IMG/VR virus record: IMGVR_UViG_2617270889_000001
Origin: a virus
Reading direction: 5' to 3' (one strand)
DNA: 64,000 nt
How positions within the stretch are numbered: position 1 is the stretch's first letter; every line of letters begins with the position of its first letter. A model generated the notes under the pieces. The model was not told the DNA's origin. It was given only the letters and a program-made list of their open reading frames with translations, and made no database searches. This document shows, in pieces, positions 7,221 to 16,539 of the stretch. Made by a program: the position numbers and the translations under genes.

Positions 7221-10200
7221 AATTGGCTCAATCGCCTCTGGTATGGGAATGCACCTGCATGGATTGAAGCAAATTGGTGGTGTCCCTGTGTGGGCAATCG
7301 AATGTGATGAGGCGATCGCCCACTGCTACCACCAAAATCACAAAAGCGAAGTCTACATCAAAAAAGTTCAAGACGTTGCCCCATCTGATTTGGCAGATAT
7401 TGATTTGTTAATAACTACCCTCAGCTGTAAAAATGCATCCATTGCCAACGCTAACCGGGGCGAATTGCCAGAAGATGCAGCAGCCGGGATAGCCACCGGT
7501 GACATCATCAAAGCCTTAAAGCCCCAGTACTTCATGCTTGAGAACGTCTGGGGATACCGCAAATTCGAGTCTTTTAAACAAATTCAAGCGGCGCTGGATG
7601 AGTGTGGCTACTATTCCCGCTTTTACAAATTCAATTGCCGTAATTGGGGTATTGCTCAAAGCCGCGATCGCCTTTATCTTTTGGCAAGCAAGGATGGTAC
7701 TTTCGCTGATCCTGTACCTCCACAAATCTCAGAGGTTGGGTGGTATGAGGTGATCGCTGACTTGATTGATGAGCTACCAGAAACAACACTTGCACCTTGG
7801 CAGTTGCGTAAGTTTCCAGAGTTAGCCCGTGAAGCTAATTCTTGTTTAATCCCAGACCACTCTAATTGGACAAATTTGATTCCTCAGTCTGCCCCTTGCT
7901 CAACAGTTAGAGAAGGACACCAAACCTTTAAAGCTTTAATCAAACGTGCCGGTGGGGGAAGAGATAGCGATCGCCTTTACCAAAGTGATGAACCATCTTT
8001 CACTATCCGAGCGATGGGTAGAAAGTCTGATAATCACTCTCGCATAGCCGACGCGATCGTGGGTGACAGAATTGTTGCGGTGACTCCTCGCGCTTGTCTG
8101 CGGTTTTTTGGCGATAAAGAAACAGCAGATAATATCTGGCTTCCTCCTACCAAGTCGCTAGCGAATGAGGTAGTAGGCAATGGCGCTAGTTGGGTGATGT
8201 TCAAAAGCCTATTTGAGCATTTATCCCAGTCTGTGCCGACGTTGCTTTCCATCGAATCAAACTCCTTGAGGGATATTTCGACTTCGCTCAATACAAGTGG
8301 TGGCGAAATGGTTGAGAACTTTTTTCAGATAGGCGATCGCGTTGAACTTGTATGCGATGTTTTATTTGGTGATATAAACCTCAAAGCTAAAAACCCCAAT
8401 GCCAAACTAGCCATTGCTGGAGAGTGCGCCGAAGTATGCGGCGTTCGAGGTACAAGACTTGCTCTTAGTGTTGGCGGTGAGCCATTTGATTGTCCCATTA
8501 GGTTAGTGAAAAAAAATTTAGATGTTCCTACCGCCGATACCGCAATGTTTACGTCAGAGCAGGGTATAGGGACTCAGGTAGAGAATAATTCTCATTCTGA
8601 ACCTTGCCCCCCTCCACCCAAAGAATCAGATAAGTGGTATACACCACCCAATATTCAGGATTTACTCACGCAGGTACTCGGCGCAGTTGACCTTGACCCT
8701 TGCGCCGATGACGGTAAACATATCAAAGCGGCAAACCATTACACCGCATCTGATGACGGACTTGCTCAGGAGTGGTACGGACGGGTGTTTATGAACCCTC
8801 CCTATTCATGCCCTGGCAAGTGGATGGCGAAATTGCAAGCAGAGATAGAGGCTGGAAGGGTAACGGAGGCGATCGCCCTGGTTCCGGCAGCGACAGATAC
8901 CAATTGGTTGCACCCGCTCCTTGACACTCAACCCATCTGCTTTTGGAAAGGCCGCATCAAATTTTTAGATACGAACTATCAACCAAAACTCTCGGCTAGG
9001 CAATCACACTGCCTGCTGTATTGGGGTACTAATGCACAGAAATTCAAACAAGTTTTTGACGAAGTTGGAACTGTGAAAAATATAAGCCAGTCTGCTCTTC
9101 TCTGCGAGACGCTGCGCGATGGGGTTTCCCCAAGTGGAAGAACTGGCGTTGAATCTGAAACTGCTTGGAATCCTGCTGATTTTGGAGAAGTACCACGCAT
9201 TGCTGATGGCGATCAACTAACGATTTTTTATGACACCCATGAGCCACCAGACCCCGACAATTACCCGTCTATCGCGGCGTATGAACAGGCATGGCAGGAA
9301 TGGGAGAAAAAGCTGACTAGGAGCAACGTAAAACAGGGAGTTCACGTTGTTGACCAGCTTGGATCGTTGGGGATTATCAAAGAAAACTTGGGGTTTGGGT
9401 TTGTCGTTGATTGGTTGGGTGACGCTGTTGCTTACAACTGGGAGCGAGACAGCGATCGCATTGATACTTTTAAGATCGCAAATCAAGGAAGGATGAAGGA
9501 GGAAGGAGGAAGAAGTGATGAAGTTGAATCTGAATCATCATCCCTCTTCCCGACGCTCGCAGACTCGCTACCGCTACGCTATCTCCCCTCTTCCTGCGAA
9601 CTTCCCAATCAAGTTTTTAAAAACAAGGAGCAAAATACTGTGACAACTTTCCAATTTTCTGGCACACAGGCGATCGCCTCTCAAATTGCCCAATTACAAG
9701 AGCAATTGAACAAACTCACCGCCTCTTTAGAGCCATACCAAGAGTGCGAACAAAAAGCTGAGGAATTGCGCCAAGAAGTGGCGCAATTTGGGCGGGAAAT
9801 GGTAGATAAGGGAATTCCCCAGAATGACATTTTAAGTTGGGCGCGATCGCTTTATAGCGCGGCTAGTGGTGTGGAGTTAGTGGAGAGTGATAGTAGTGTA
9901 ATTGCTGCTCAAAATGAAATTATTAGTGAATTGAAAGCCGGAAATCATGTATTGCGTGAGCAATATAGCGAAGTCATAAGACAAAGAGATTTACTAATAA
10001 AGCAGGTTGAAGACAATGATAATGATATGGATGTGCAACTAGCGGAACAACAATTAATACCAGAAGTGGAAGCTTCAAACAAAGAACTTACCGAAGGCGT
10101 AGCAAGCTTTACTGAAGGCGATCGCGTTTGTGTAAATGCTATACACGAATTAGAACACTTACTCGAAAGACTTGGTACAGTAGTTGGAATAAAAGGTAAC

Positions 10201-10746
10201 TCTATTGCCGTACTTTTTGACGCAACAGATAATGAAGGTCAGCACGAAATAATTACCGATAGAAGTAATTTGGTGCTACTTTTGAAAGCTACTCCAGACA
10301 ATCACGCACACATTAAAGCTTCTAACTTTATAGCTACTATTCGTACCAAAGCCGGAGCAAATAACATTAATTGGCAGAATATCAGCGAACTGTGCCAAGG
10401 CAATCATCTTATTTTAAAAGAATTGCTTTTAACGACCACTACAAAAATTCAAAAAGAACTGATTCAAAAGCTACCTCAACTGATGGCTGATTACATTGCT
10501 GAAACTGGTGACATTACAGATATGCAGCTTGTTGGCGATAAATTTAAGTCTGAAGTTGAGGCGTTGTTAGAAGTAAAAAAGTCTCTGGTGTATCAAGCTG
10601 GTGATTGGGTAAAAAGTACAGAATCGGGTGAAATCTGGCAAGTACGAAATTTTGACGGTGAGTGGTTGTCGGTGAAACGAGACAACAAGATTGGCTCACT
10701 GCATAAATCAGAAGTTGAGTTGATTCAACAAGAAATCGCTGCTTGA
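7204..10746 (+). CDS. Multidomain DNA methyltransferase: C5-cytosine MTase + KOW + phage N6-adenine (Dam-like) MTase + coiled-coil/KOW tail
   Basis: C5 motifs IASGMG (I), TTLSCK (IV), MLENV (VI), QSRDRLY (VIII), VVGNG (X); N6 motifs KWYTPP, DLDPCA, WYGRVFMNPPYS. Confidence 0.85.
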   Translation: MNHHFKIGSIASGMGMHLHGLKQIGGVPVWAIECDEAIAHCYHQNHKSEVYIKKVQDVAPSDLADIDLLITTLSCKNASIANANRGELPEDAAAGIATGDIIKALKPQYFMLENVWGYRKFESFKQIQAALDECGYYSRFYKFNCRNWGIAQSRDRLYLLASKDGTFADPVPPQISEVGWYEVIADLIDELPETTLAPWQLRKFPELAREANSCLIPDHSNWTNLIPQSAPCSTVREGHQTFKALIKRAGGGRDSDRLYQSDEPSFTIRAMGRKSDNHSRIADAIVGDRIVAVTPRACLRFFGDKETADNIWLPPTKSLANEVVGNGASWVMFKSLFEHLSQSVPTLLSIESNSLRDISTSLNTSGGEMVENFFQIGDRVELVCDVLFGDINLKAKNPNAKLAIAGECAEVCGVRGTRLALSVGGEPFDCPIRLVKKNLDVPTADTAMFTSEQGIGTQVENNSHSEPCPPPPKESDKWYTPPNIQDLLTQVLGAVDLDPCADDGKHIKAANHYTASDDGLAQEWYGRVFMNPPYSCPGKWMAKLQAEIEAGRVTEAIALVPAATDTNWLHPLLDTQPICFWKGRIKFLDTNYQPKLSARQSHCLLYWGTNAQKFKQVFDEVGTVKNISQSALLCETLRDGVSPSGRTGVESETAWNPADFGEVPRIADGDQLTIFYDTHEPPDPDNYPSIAAYEQAWQEWEKKLTRSNVKQGVHVVDQLGSLGIIKENLGFGFVVDWLGDAVAYNWERDSDRIDTFKIANQGRMKEEGGRSDEVESESSSLFPTLADSLPLRYLPSSCELPNQVFKNKEQNTVTTFQFSGTQAIASQIAQLQEQLNKLTASLEPYQECEQKAEELRQEVAQFGREMVDKGIPQNDILSWARSLYSAASGVELVESDSSVIAAQNEIISELKAGNHVLREQYSEVIRQRDLLIKQVEDNDNDMDVQLAEQQLIPEVEASNKELTEGVASFTEGDRVCVNAIHELEHLLERLGTVVGIKGNSIAVLFDATDNEGQHEIITDRSNLVLLLKATPDNHAHIKASNFIATIRTKAGANNINWQNISELCQGNHLILKELLLTTTTKIQKELIQKLPQLMADYIAETGDITDMQLVGDKFKSEVEALLEVKKSLVYQAGDWVKSTESGEIWQVRNFDGEWLSVKRDNKIGSLHKSEVELIQQEIAA
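9121..9138. repeat. Small dispersed repeat core GGGGTTTCCCCAAGTGGA, in-frame inside the MTase gene
   Basis: Identical 18-mer at 38784-38801 and a related copy near 29313. Confidence 0.7.
9542..9594. repeat. 35-bp small repeat element flanked by 9-bp direct repeat CCCTCTTCC
   Basis: CCCTCTTCC at 9542-9550 and 9586-9594 flank cgacgctcgcagactcgctaccgctacgctatctc; the hairpin at 1560-1580 shows the uninterrupted form. Confidence 0.65.
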
Positions 10747-10803
10747 ACCAGAAGGAAGAAGGAAGAATTCTTCTCTACCTTCTTCTCTCTTCCTTCTTCC
10801 TTT
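10746..10803 (+). terminator. GAAGGAA/TTCCTTC heptamer hairpin after the MTase gene
   Basis: agaaggaagaaggaagaa ... ttccttcttcctttg. Confidence 0.5.
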
Positions 10804-10964
10804 GTTAAATCAAAGGGGATATTTTGTCTATTTGTCCATACTGCCAAACTCAATTTGACTTAATTGATGGCTTTGGTAATCACTGCTCTCGCCGTTGCGC
10901 GGTTCGCCACGGCAATAAAAATTTGTGGTCTGAAGAAGAGAACTTGAACACTTAAAATCAATGA

Positions 10965-11231
10965 TTGGCTCAAGCCCAGGCAGGCATCGCCCAGATGTGG
11001 AATAGGCTTTACGAGCCAGAATACCAAGAGCGCGGCATTAATCAAATATTCATTTTTACTGCACAATTTGGGGAATTGATAATAAGATTAGAAGTTAATC
11101 CTTTTGAAGACGAACTTGCCAAAAAGTTGGTAGCACCTGAACCACAAGCTTTTCAAAATTGGCAAAAGAAAGTTGAGGAGCAATTCAAGAAATTGTACGG
11201 AATTAGCATTAAACAGTGGCAAAAGCGGTAA
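10965..11231 (+). CDS. Hypothetical protein (start uncertain, possibly degenerate)
   Basis: TTG-start ORF; the same frame has a Cys-rich ORF at 10824-10955 separated by two stops. Confidence 0.4.
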   Translation: MAQAQAGIAQMWNRLYEPEYQERGINQIFIFTAQFGELIIRLEVNPFEDELAKKLVAPEPQAFQNWQKKVEEQFKKLYGISIKQWQKR

Positions 11232-11509
11232 AATACCAGTATTTTTACCACTGCGCTTTTATGTGCATCCTGTTGTCAAACGACCATCTAAGAGAACTTA
11301 CGGAGATATATCACGTACAAGACGGTACAAAGATTCCTGTGCTAATTGAATTTCTTTGGTCGCTCCGACATTTACAAGATAAGCTGGAAGACTTGCCGCC
11401 AATGGAGAATAAAACCCACTTAGTGGATCGGGCGCAAGAGATGGATTGCGCGATCGCGTCTGAAATTATAGAATCTGTTGAAAAATGCTTACAATCGATT
11501 CCCCCCTAG
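11216..11509 (+). CDS. Hypothetical protein
   Basis: Overlaps both neighbours on the same strand. Confidence 0.5.
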   Translation: MAKAVKYQYFYHCAFMCILLSNDHLRELTEIYHVQDGTKIPVLIEFLWSLRHLQDKLEDLPPMENKTHLVDRAQEMDCAIASEIIESVEKCLQSIPP

Positions 11510-14202
11510 CCACAGATACCGCCGCACGCTACACCGCCGCCCATTTAATTGAAGTGGCAAAACAGGAAAACAACTTTGCGCCTTTAGTAACTGTGGATTT
11601 TGGGAAAGCAGAAAGCATAGTTGTTGAATACCAAGAAACAATCACTCTTCCTGAAAGCTGGGAAAGTGTAAGGGCGATCACTTCCAACGGACAAACTTAC
11701 ACCCCAGCAATTGATCCCGAATCGCCTCAAGCGGGGGAATTTGTCTACAATCCCTACACCAACACAGTGCAAGTTTATGGGACAGTAGGGCGGAGTCTTC
11801 AAATTTACGGTAATACCCAAACAATTAAATTCTTCCCTCCCCTGCTTCCCCCTCCCTACCCTCAACTTTTTACCAATTTGCCATTAGAGGGGGCTATTCA
11901 ATTTACTCGCCAATTTGAACAACAACCATCTGCCCAATTTGAATTAGAGCTAAGGCTATCTAAAGCGCAAATACAAAGTATTTTTGCACCGGGGACAGAA
12001 TTGGATTTGTACGGGTTGCCGTTGAGAATTAACAGTTTAAATATTAAAGAATTACCCCGATCGATATACCCAGATGGACGTTGTAAAATAAGCGCCTCAC
12101 TGGGTTCGCGCTGGGAAAATTATCTTGATGAGCCGTGCTTCTTGCGGTCGGATGGGGGAAATAGTACATCAATCAGTGAGCCATTTCAAGACACCGAATG
12201 CACCGCGCCCACGCCATCACTAACCGATCCCAACTTCAACACGACCATACAGCAGTTGCTTGCCAAGATAGGTATTGCCTACACTGGGCCCAACCTTGCG
12301 TCTGTACCAATACCTCAAGGTACAGCAAGGGATACAGTGGTGAATCCGTTGCAGCTACTGAGCGATCGCTTGTTAGTCGCAAATTCTTTTGTGAGGTGGA
12401 GTAACGCATCTGCGGTTGAGGTGGTTCCGATTGGTAGCGGAAGGGTGTGGAATTATCAAGAATCTGATATTAAAGGAGAGGATGGAGTTGATACGAGTTT
12501 TGAGGCGATCGCCAAACTCAGCAAGCGCCGACTGACAGCAATTCCTAACTTAAATCCCCCGCCCCCCGACTTAGTGAATTTTCCAAGCGAGGTGCAGTTG
12601 CCACCAGTGCCACAACTACGGGGCGAGTTACCAACAGCGCTGGCGTTTGAATACCCAAATAGCGAACTAACTGGGGAATTTAGCGAGATTCGATCTGACC
12701 AGCAAGAGCGCACCCAAGGGCAAAAACCTAGATATACAAGAAAGCCAAGAAAAATAGAAGAACGGATCGACGGCGATAAAAATGCTCATATTCCTTTAGA
12801 GGGTGTGCAGTCCATCCAAAATATGAGCTTGATTTTTGATATTGGCGGACAAACTAAAACCCGCTCAACTACCACTACTGAGGATGGGGCGACGGTTAAA
12901 GTTGTTGACGAGATTTGGGGTTTCGTTTGCTATGCCGCTCAAATTTATGATGATAGCCGCGATCGCCTTAATGGCAATCCTAATGATTATTGGGTGTGCT
13001 TGAAGCGGACAACCACAGATTACACCTACGACGAAGATACTGGCTACTTACTTTCTACTGCAACATCTGGCTATAATACTGTACGCTTCCGCCAAGAATC
13101 AGCGGACAATCCCGAAACACTGGGGATGGATTCAGGCGATCCAGAACTCGATTTGTATAAATTTATTCAAATACCAGTTCTTGGGCGCACTAGCTACTAC
13201 CTCAAATTGATGCCTGAATACAGTAGCGAGGGGTTATTTGAATTAGTAAAAGTGTGCAACAGAGACGGTACTAGTACACTTCAGCCGCTAATTAATCCAG
13301 ACTACGCGCCGCCGTACTATGTGGAGTATGAGCGCACGGAATCAGTCGCGTTTGCAAGTCGCCCCAACCCAGATAATGAAGGTAGAACCGGAAGTGAAGA
13401 CGACCCCCTTGCGCCTGATTTAACTGCAGGGGAAGAATCAAAATTTGAAGCTTTCACTCAAGTGACTGTTGCTACATACCAACAAAAGTTAATAGGGTTT
13501 GAGGGTGGCTACCCAACTTACGAGCGCGGGGAAGAAAATACACCCCAAAAGTTCACCAAGTACATCAAACAATTCAAGGCTCAAGGCCCCGCGATCGCCA
13601 CTGCCCTAGAAGAAATCTCAATTGAAGAGGGCACTGGAGAACTGCCCACAGCCACTAGAAGTCCACCACAATTTACCAAAGAACAACCTGCTGAAAAACC
13701 TAATAAAACCGAAGAGGAGAAACAGAAATATCGGTATTTTCTGCAAACTGCGGGGTATACGGCGGCCGCCCCGATTAATGGCAGTGAAAGCTTCCCCTTA
13801 GCTAAAACTTTTGAGCAAGCGCTGACTGCTGCTCGGTGTAAATTGGCTATTGAAAATTGGAGAAATGGATTTACAGAGACGTTGCAAGTTGGGGGGAATT
13901 TGGGGATTCGAGAGGGCGATCGCTTTAACTACACTTGCAATGGTGAATTTCGCCAAAGGATAGTACTAGGAGCGCAAACTACACTCAATATTTTGGGCGC
14001 GGTTGACGGTGTGCCTAAGGTGACTTCTGTTACTTCCCTCACATTGGGGCGATGGATGTTGCCAGAGTTGACTTATAGTAAAGTGCCAGTGCCCAAGGAG
14101 CCGAAAGCGCCTAGATTTAATATCACCGTAACTGATGTGGTAAGCGCCGAACTAGGCAGTATTATTGATTGGGCGAAGATTAGAAGTAGAAGAAATCCTT
14201 AG
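11485..14202 (+). CDS. Large virion protein, probable tail hub/tip protein
   Basis: 905 aa, beta-rich, T/P/E-rich; hub-like segments (LLSDRLLVANSFVRWS; C-terminal NLGIREGDRFNY...VTSLTLG); adjacent to the tail fibre cluster. Confidence 0.5.
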   Translation: MLTIDSPLATDTAARYTAAHLIEVAKQENNFAPLVTVDFGKAESIVVEYQETITLPESWESVRAITSNGQTYTPAIDPESPQAGEFVYNPYTNTVQVYGTVGRSLQIYGNTQTIKFFPPLLPPPYPQLFTNLPLEGAIQFTRQFEQQPSAQFELELRLSKAQIQSIFAPGTELDLYGLPLRINSLNIKELPRSIYPDGRCKISASLGSRWENYLDEPCFLRSDGGNSTSISEPFQDTECTAPTPSLTDPNFNTTIQQLLAKIGIAYTGPNLASVPIPQGTARDTVVNPLQLLSDRLLVANSFVRWSNASAVEVVPIGSGRVWNYQESDIKGEDGVDTSFEAIAKLSKRRLTAIPNLNPPPPDLVNFPSEVQLPPVPQLRGELPTALAFEYPNSELTGEFSEIRSDQQERTQGQKPRYTRKPRKIEERIDGDKNAHIPLEGVQSIQNMSLIFDIGGQTKTRSTTTTEDGATVKVVDEIWGFVCYAAQIYDDSRDRLNGNPNDYWVCLKRTTTDYTYDEDTGYLLSTATSGYNTVRFRQESADNPETLGMDSGDPELDLYKFIQIPVLGRTSYYLKLMPEYSSEGLFELVKVCNRDGTSTLQPLINPDYAPPYYVEYERTESVAFASRPNPDNEGRTGSEDDPLAPDLTAGEESKFEAFTQVTVATYQQKLIGFEGGYPTYERGEENTPQKFTKYIKQFKAQGPAIATALEEISIEEGTGELPTATRSPPQFTKEQPAEKPNKTEEEKQKYRYFLQTAGYTAAAPINGSESFPLAKTFEQALTAARCKLAIENWRNGFTETLQVGGNLGIREGDRFNYTCNGEFRQRIVLGAQTTLNILGAVDGVPKVTSVTSLTLGRWMLPELTYSKVPVPKEPKAPRFNITVTDVVSAELGSIIDWAKIRSRRNP

Positions 14203-14213
14203 TTATTTTTATT

Positions 14214-14378
14214 ATGTACACCACTGCTAAAGTAGCCGAACCTTGGCGATCGCTATTCCCCAAAATCAAAGAATCTACTACCAGTATTGAAGTTACGGTG
14301 CGCGGTCAAAGTTTCACAATTGAGATTCCCAAGAGGCGATCGCAGGTCACTACCAACAGAAATTTACAATTTCGCTAG
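14214..14378 (+). CDS. 54-aa hypothetical protein (absent from ORF track)
   Basis: MYTTAKVAEPWRSLFPKIKESTTSIEVTVRGQSFTIEIPKRRSQVTTNRNLQFR; stop overlaps the convergent stop at CTAG 14375-14378. Confidence 0.5.
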   Translation: MYTTAKVAEPWRSLFPKIKESTTSIEVTVRGQSFTIEIPKRRSQVTTNRNLQFR

Positions 14379-15901
14379 CCTGAAAATGTCTTTTTCTTTT
14401 TATCTTCATTGAAAATTGTTGGCTGCGCTAATCGCTTGACAATTGTAAATTCTTCATTTACGACATCTTTGAAATCACCAACTCTTTTAAGTTTACTGTA
14501 GGGCACAAATAAATCCTTGTTTTCCAAAGGTGGCGGCATTTCACCCACGTTCACGGGCTGGTAATTAACATCTGGGAAAACGCTTGCATTTATTGGTGAA
14601 GAGAATATTGCATCGTTTGGCGTTAAAGTGGTATTTTCTTCGCCTTCCAAAAACTCTTCTTTGATAAAGATAAAAACTTGTTGCCTGTAGGGATAATCTA
14701 ATGCAATATCATAAGTACCGGGGATATCTACTTTCAAAACAATGCCGCCAACAGAACCATAAGCTGTAAATGGTTTGTCTCCACTTGGCATTGGTTTTTG
14801 CCCTGTGGCGGGGTTTGTCGGATTAATGCTTGCTGAAATATTTGCCCAAAACCCGCCACTCAAAATTAATCCCACTTGGTTGTTTTCAAAAAGCCATAAC
14901 AGACCTAGATTACAGCATGGATTAACTCTTGAGCTTAAATTATTTATATCTCCTAAATCCCAAATTACAATTCCTTTGTCTCTTGAATTGGCGCTAGAAT
15001 CACCATCGCTATCTTTAACTCCAGAGATTGCTAAATACTTTATAGTGCCAGATGAATTTTGATACTTTATGCAGAATGAAATTGTTTCATCGAAAAAGCC
15101 TAGTAATTGATTGCTGGATTGCACTGAATCAGTAATTGTTGGATTAATTATTATAAAAGGATTGGTTGTGGTTGACAAAGGCATCTGGATACTAATATTT
15201 GTTATTTGATTAACCCTATCTTTGCATCCAATAGAATCTACTTGACAATATCCACTAGCATAGTCATAAATAACTCCTTCCAATATTTCTTCTCTAGCAG
15301 ATGCTGTTAACAGCTTTAGAGTTTTGTCCGAGCCATACCCTAGGCTATAATAAGCACCATTTAATACGCTTTCGTCAAACTGCTCTCTTGTATTCCTACC
15401 AATATCAAATGTATTTAACCTAGTTGTTTTAAATCCTAAAATTAATACTTGAGGATTTAAAAAAATCAAATCTGGAACTTCTTTTTTAATAGTGTAAACA
15501 CTGTTTTTGATTTCACAAATATAATATTTATTATTTGACTCTATTGGGTAAAGAAAAGGGTTGCTATTGGGGTCAACCCCGATAGGGTAATAAACATCGA
15601 TAATAATAGCTATACCTAAATCAGTAACTTTTTTGATGGGAACCGATCGCCTATATTCAATAATTCTTCTACTGCTGGTATTTTCCGTTTCATTGGCAGC
15701 ACCAGTGAGATACCAATTACCTTTGTCAGTGAGAAGGGCGATCGCCTCTCCTGCTTCTAGGTTAGTTAAATAGGTTGCTCTAACATTAGCGCCGCTAACT
15801 CTCAAGCTTACCGTTTGTGCGGCAACCCCTTTGGGAACCCGAACGGTAAGCATATTGGTGATAACAAATAGCTTTTTGAGTTCTTCAAAAGTAACCATCA
15901 A
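14375..15901 (-). CDS. Tail-associated protein with short N-terminal attachment-like segment and AT-rich variable body (candidate receptor-binding protein)
   Basis: Last gene of the leftward tail operon; visibly lower GC and no HIP1 over about 14400-15640. Confidence 0.55.
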   Translation of the reverse strand: MMVTFEELKKLFVITNMLTVRVPKGVAAQTVSLRVSGANVRATYLTNLEAGEAIALLTDKGNWYLTGAANETENTSSRRIIEYRRSVPIKKVTDLGIAIIIDVYYPIGVDPNSNPFLYPIESNNKYYICEIKNSVYTIKKEVPDLIFLNPQVLILGFKTTRLNTFDIGRNTREQFDESVLNGAYYSLGYGSDKTLKLLTASAREEILEGVIYDYASGYCQVDSIGCKDRVNQITNISIQMPLSTTTNPFIIINPTITDSVQSSNQLLGFFDETISFCIKYQNSSGTIKYLAISGVKDSDGDSSANSRDKGIVIWDLGDINNLSSRVNPCCNLGLLWLFENNQVGLILSGGFWANISASINPTNPATGQKPMPSGDKPFTAYGSVGGIVLKVDIPGTYDIALDYPYRQQVFIFIKEEFLEGEENTTLTPNDAIFSSPINASVFPDVNYQPVNVGEMPPPLENKDLFVPYSKLKRVGDFKDVVNEEFTIVKRLAQPTIFNEDKKKKTFSG

Positions 15902-16539
15902 AAATCTGCGCTAACGTTTTCGTAGCCAAAAAATCCACTTGGGCTACTACTGGGTGCGGGATGAGCTATCCAAGTGTCTCTTGTGCCATCCGACCCATAT
16001 ATTAACTTTCCACCTGAATAGAAAGTGCCACTGTAAATCCCCACAACCCAGTATTGAATTGTATTTGCCGATCCTGGGGGGAACTGGGAATTGTTACCAA
16101 GTCTGTAAATTTTAGCAGTCGCTCCCCCCGATATAATTTCAATTTCGTTACCGTATACTTGCTCTACTGGTATGCGTATTTCTATCGGGGGCGAAGAATT
16201 AGATCCACAAACCAAGATTCTTTCCCCAAAGCTCGCATTGTATGGGGTTTGTGTGGTTAGCACGGTTAAAGGAGCAGCGCCGCCGCCACTATCATTGTTA
16301 TTGCTTGCACCATACCGATGCCATCTACCCACCCCGTCATTTGGGGCAACTATTGATGGTAGGCTTTCTGCTGTCGATGAGGAACTATTGTATCTATACC
16401 AACTTGAACTTCCAACGCCATCATCCAAAACCGTCAAGAAAAGGTTAGGTACACGCTTTGGAGTTGTAGAATTATTTAAAGTTTTTAAAACGGTGATGCT
16501 AGCAACTGATAGAGAATCGGTAATAAAAGCCATATTCAA
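15898..16539 (-). CDS. Tail fibre/spike-associated protein
   Basis: WYRYNSSS...PSIVAPNDGVGRW resembles N-terminal segments of tailspikes; G/S-rich. Confidence 0.55.
   Translation of the reverse strand: MNMAFITDSLSVASITVLKTLNNSTTPKRVPNLFLTVLDDGVGSSSWYRYNSSSSTAESLPSIVAPNDGVGRWHRYGASNNNDSGGGAAPLTVLTTQTPYNASFGERILVCGSNSSPPIEIRIPVEQVYGNEIEIISGGATAKIYRLGNNSQFPPGSANTIQYWVVGIYSGTFYSGGKLIYGSDGTRDTWIAHPAPSSSPSGFFGYENVSADF

Noticed and set aside
7204-10746. Restriction-modification system
   Set aside because: No adjacent endonuclease or specificity subunit; the gene sits in the phage early operon as an orphan MTase.
11485-14378. Invertible tail-fibre (shufflon/Gin-type) segment explaining the plus-strand hub gene
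   Set aside because: I found no inverted repeats at its boundaries and no invertase; the gene overlaps its upstream plus-strand neighbour.
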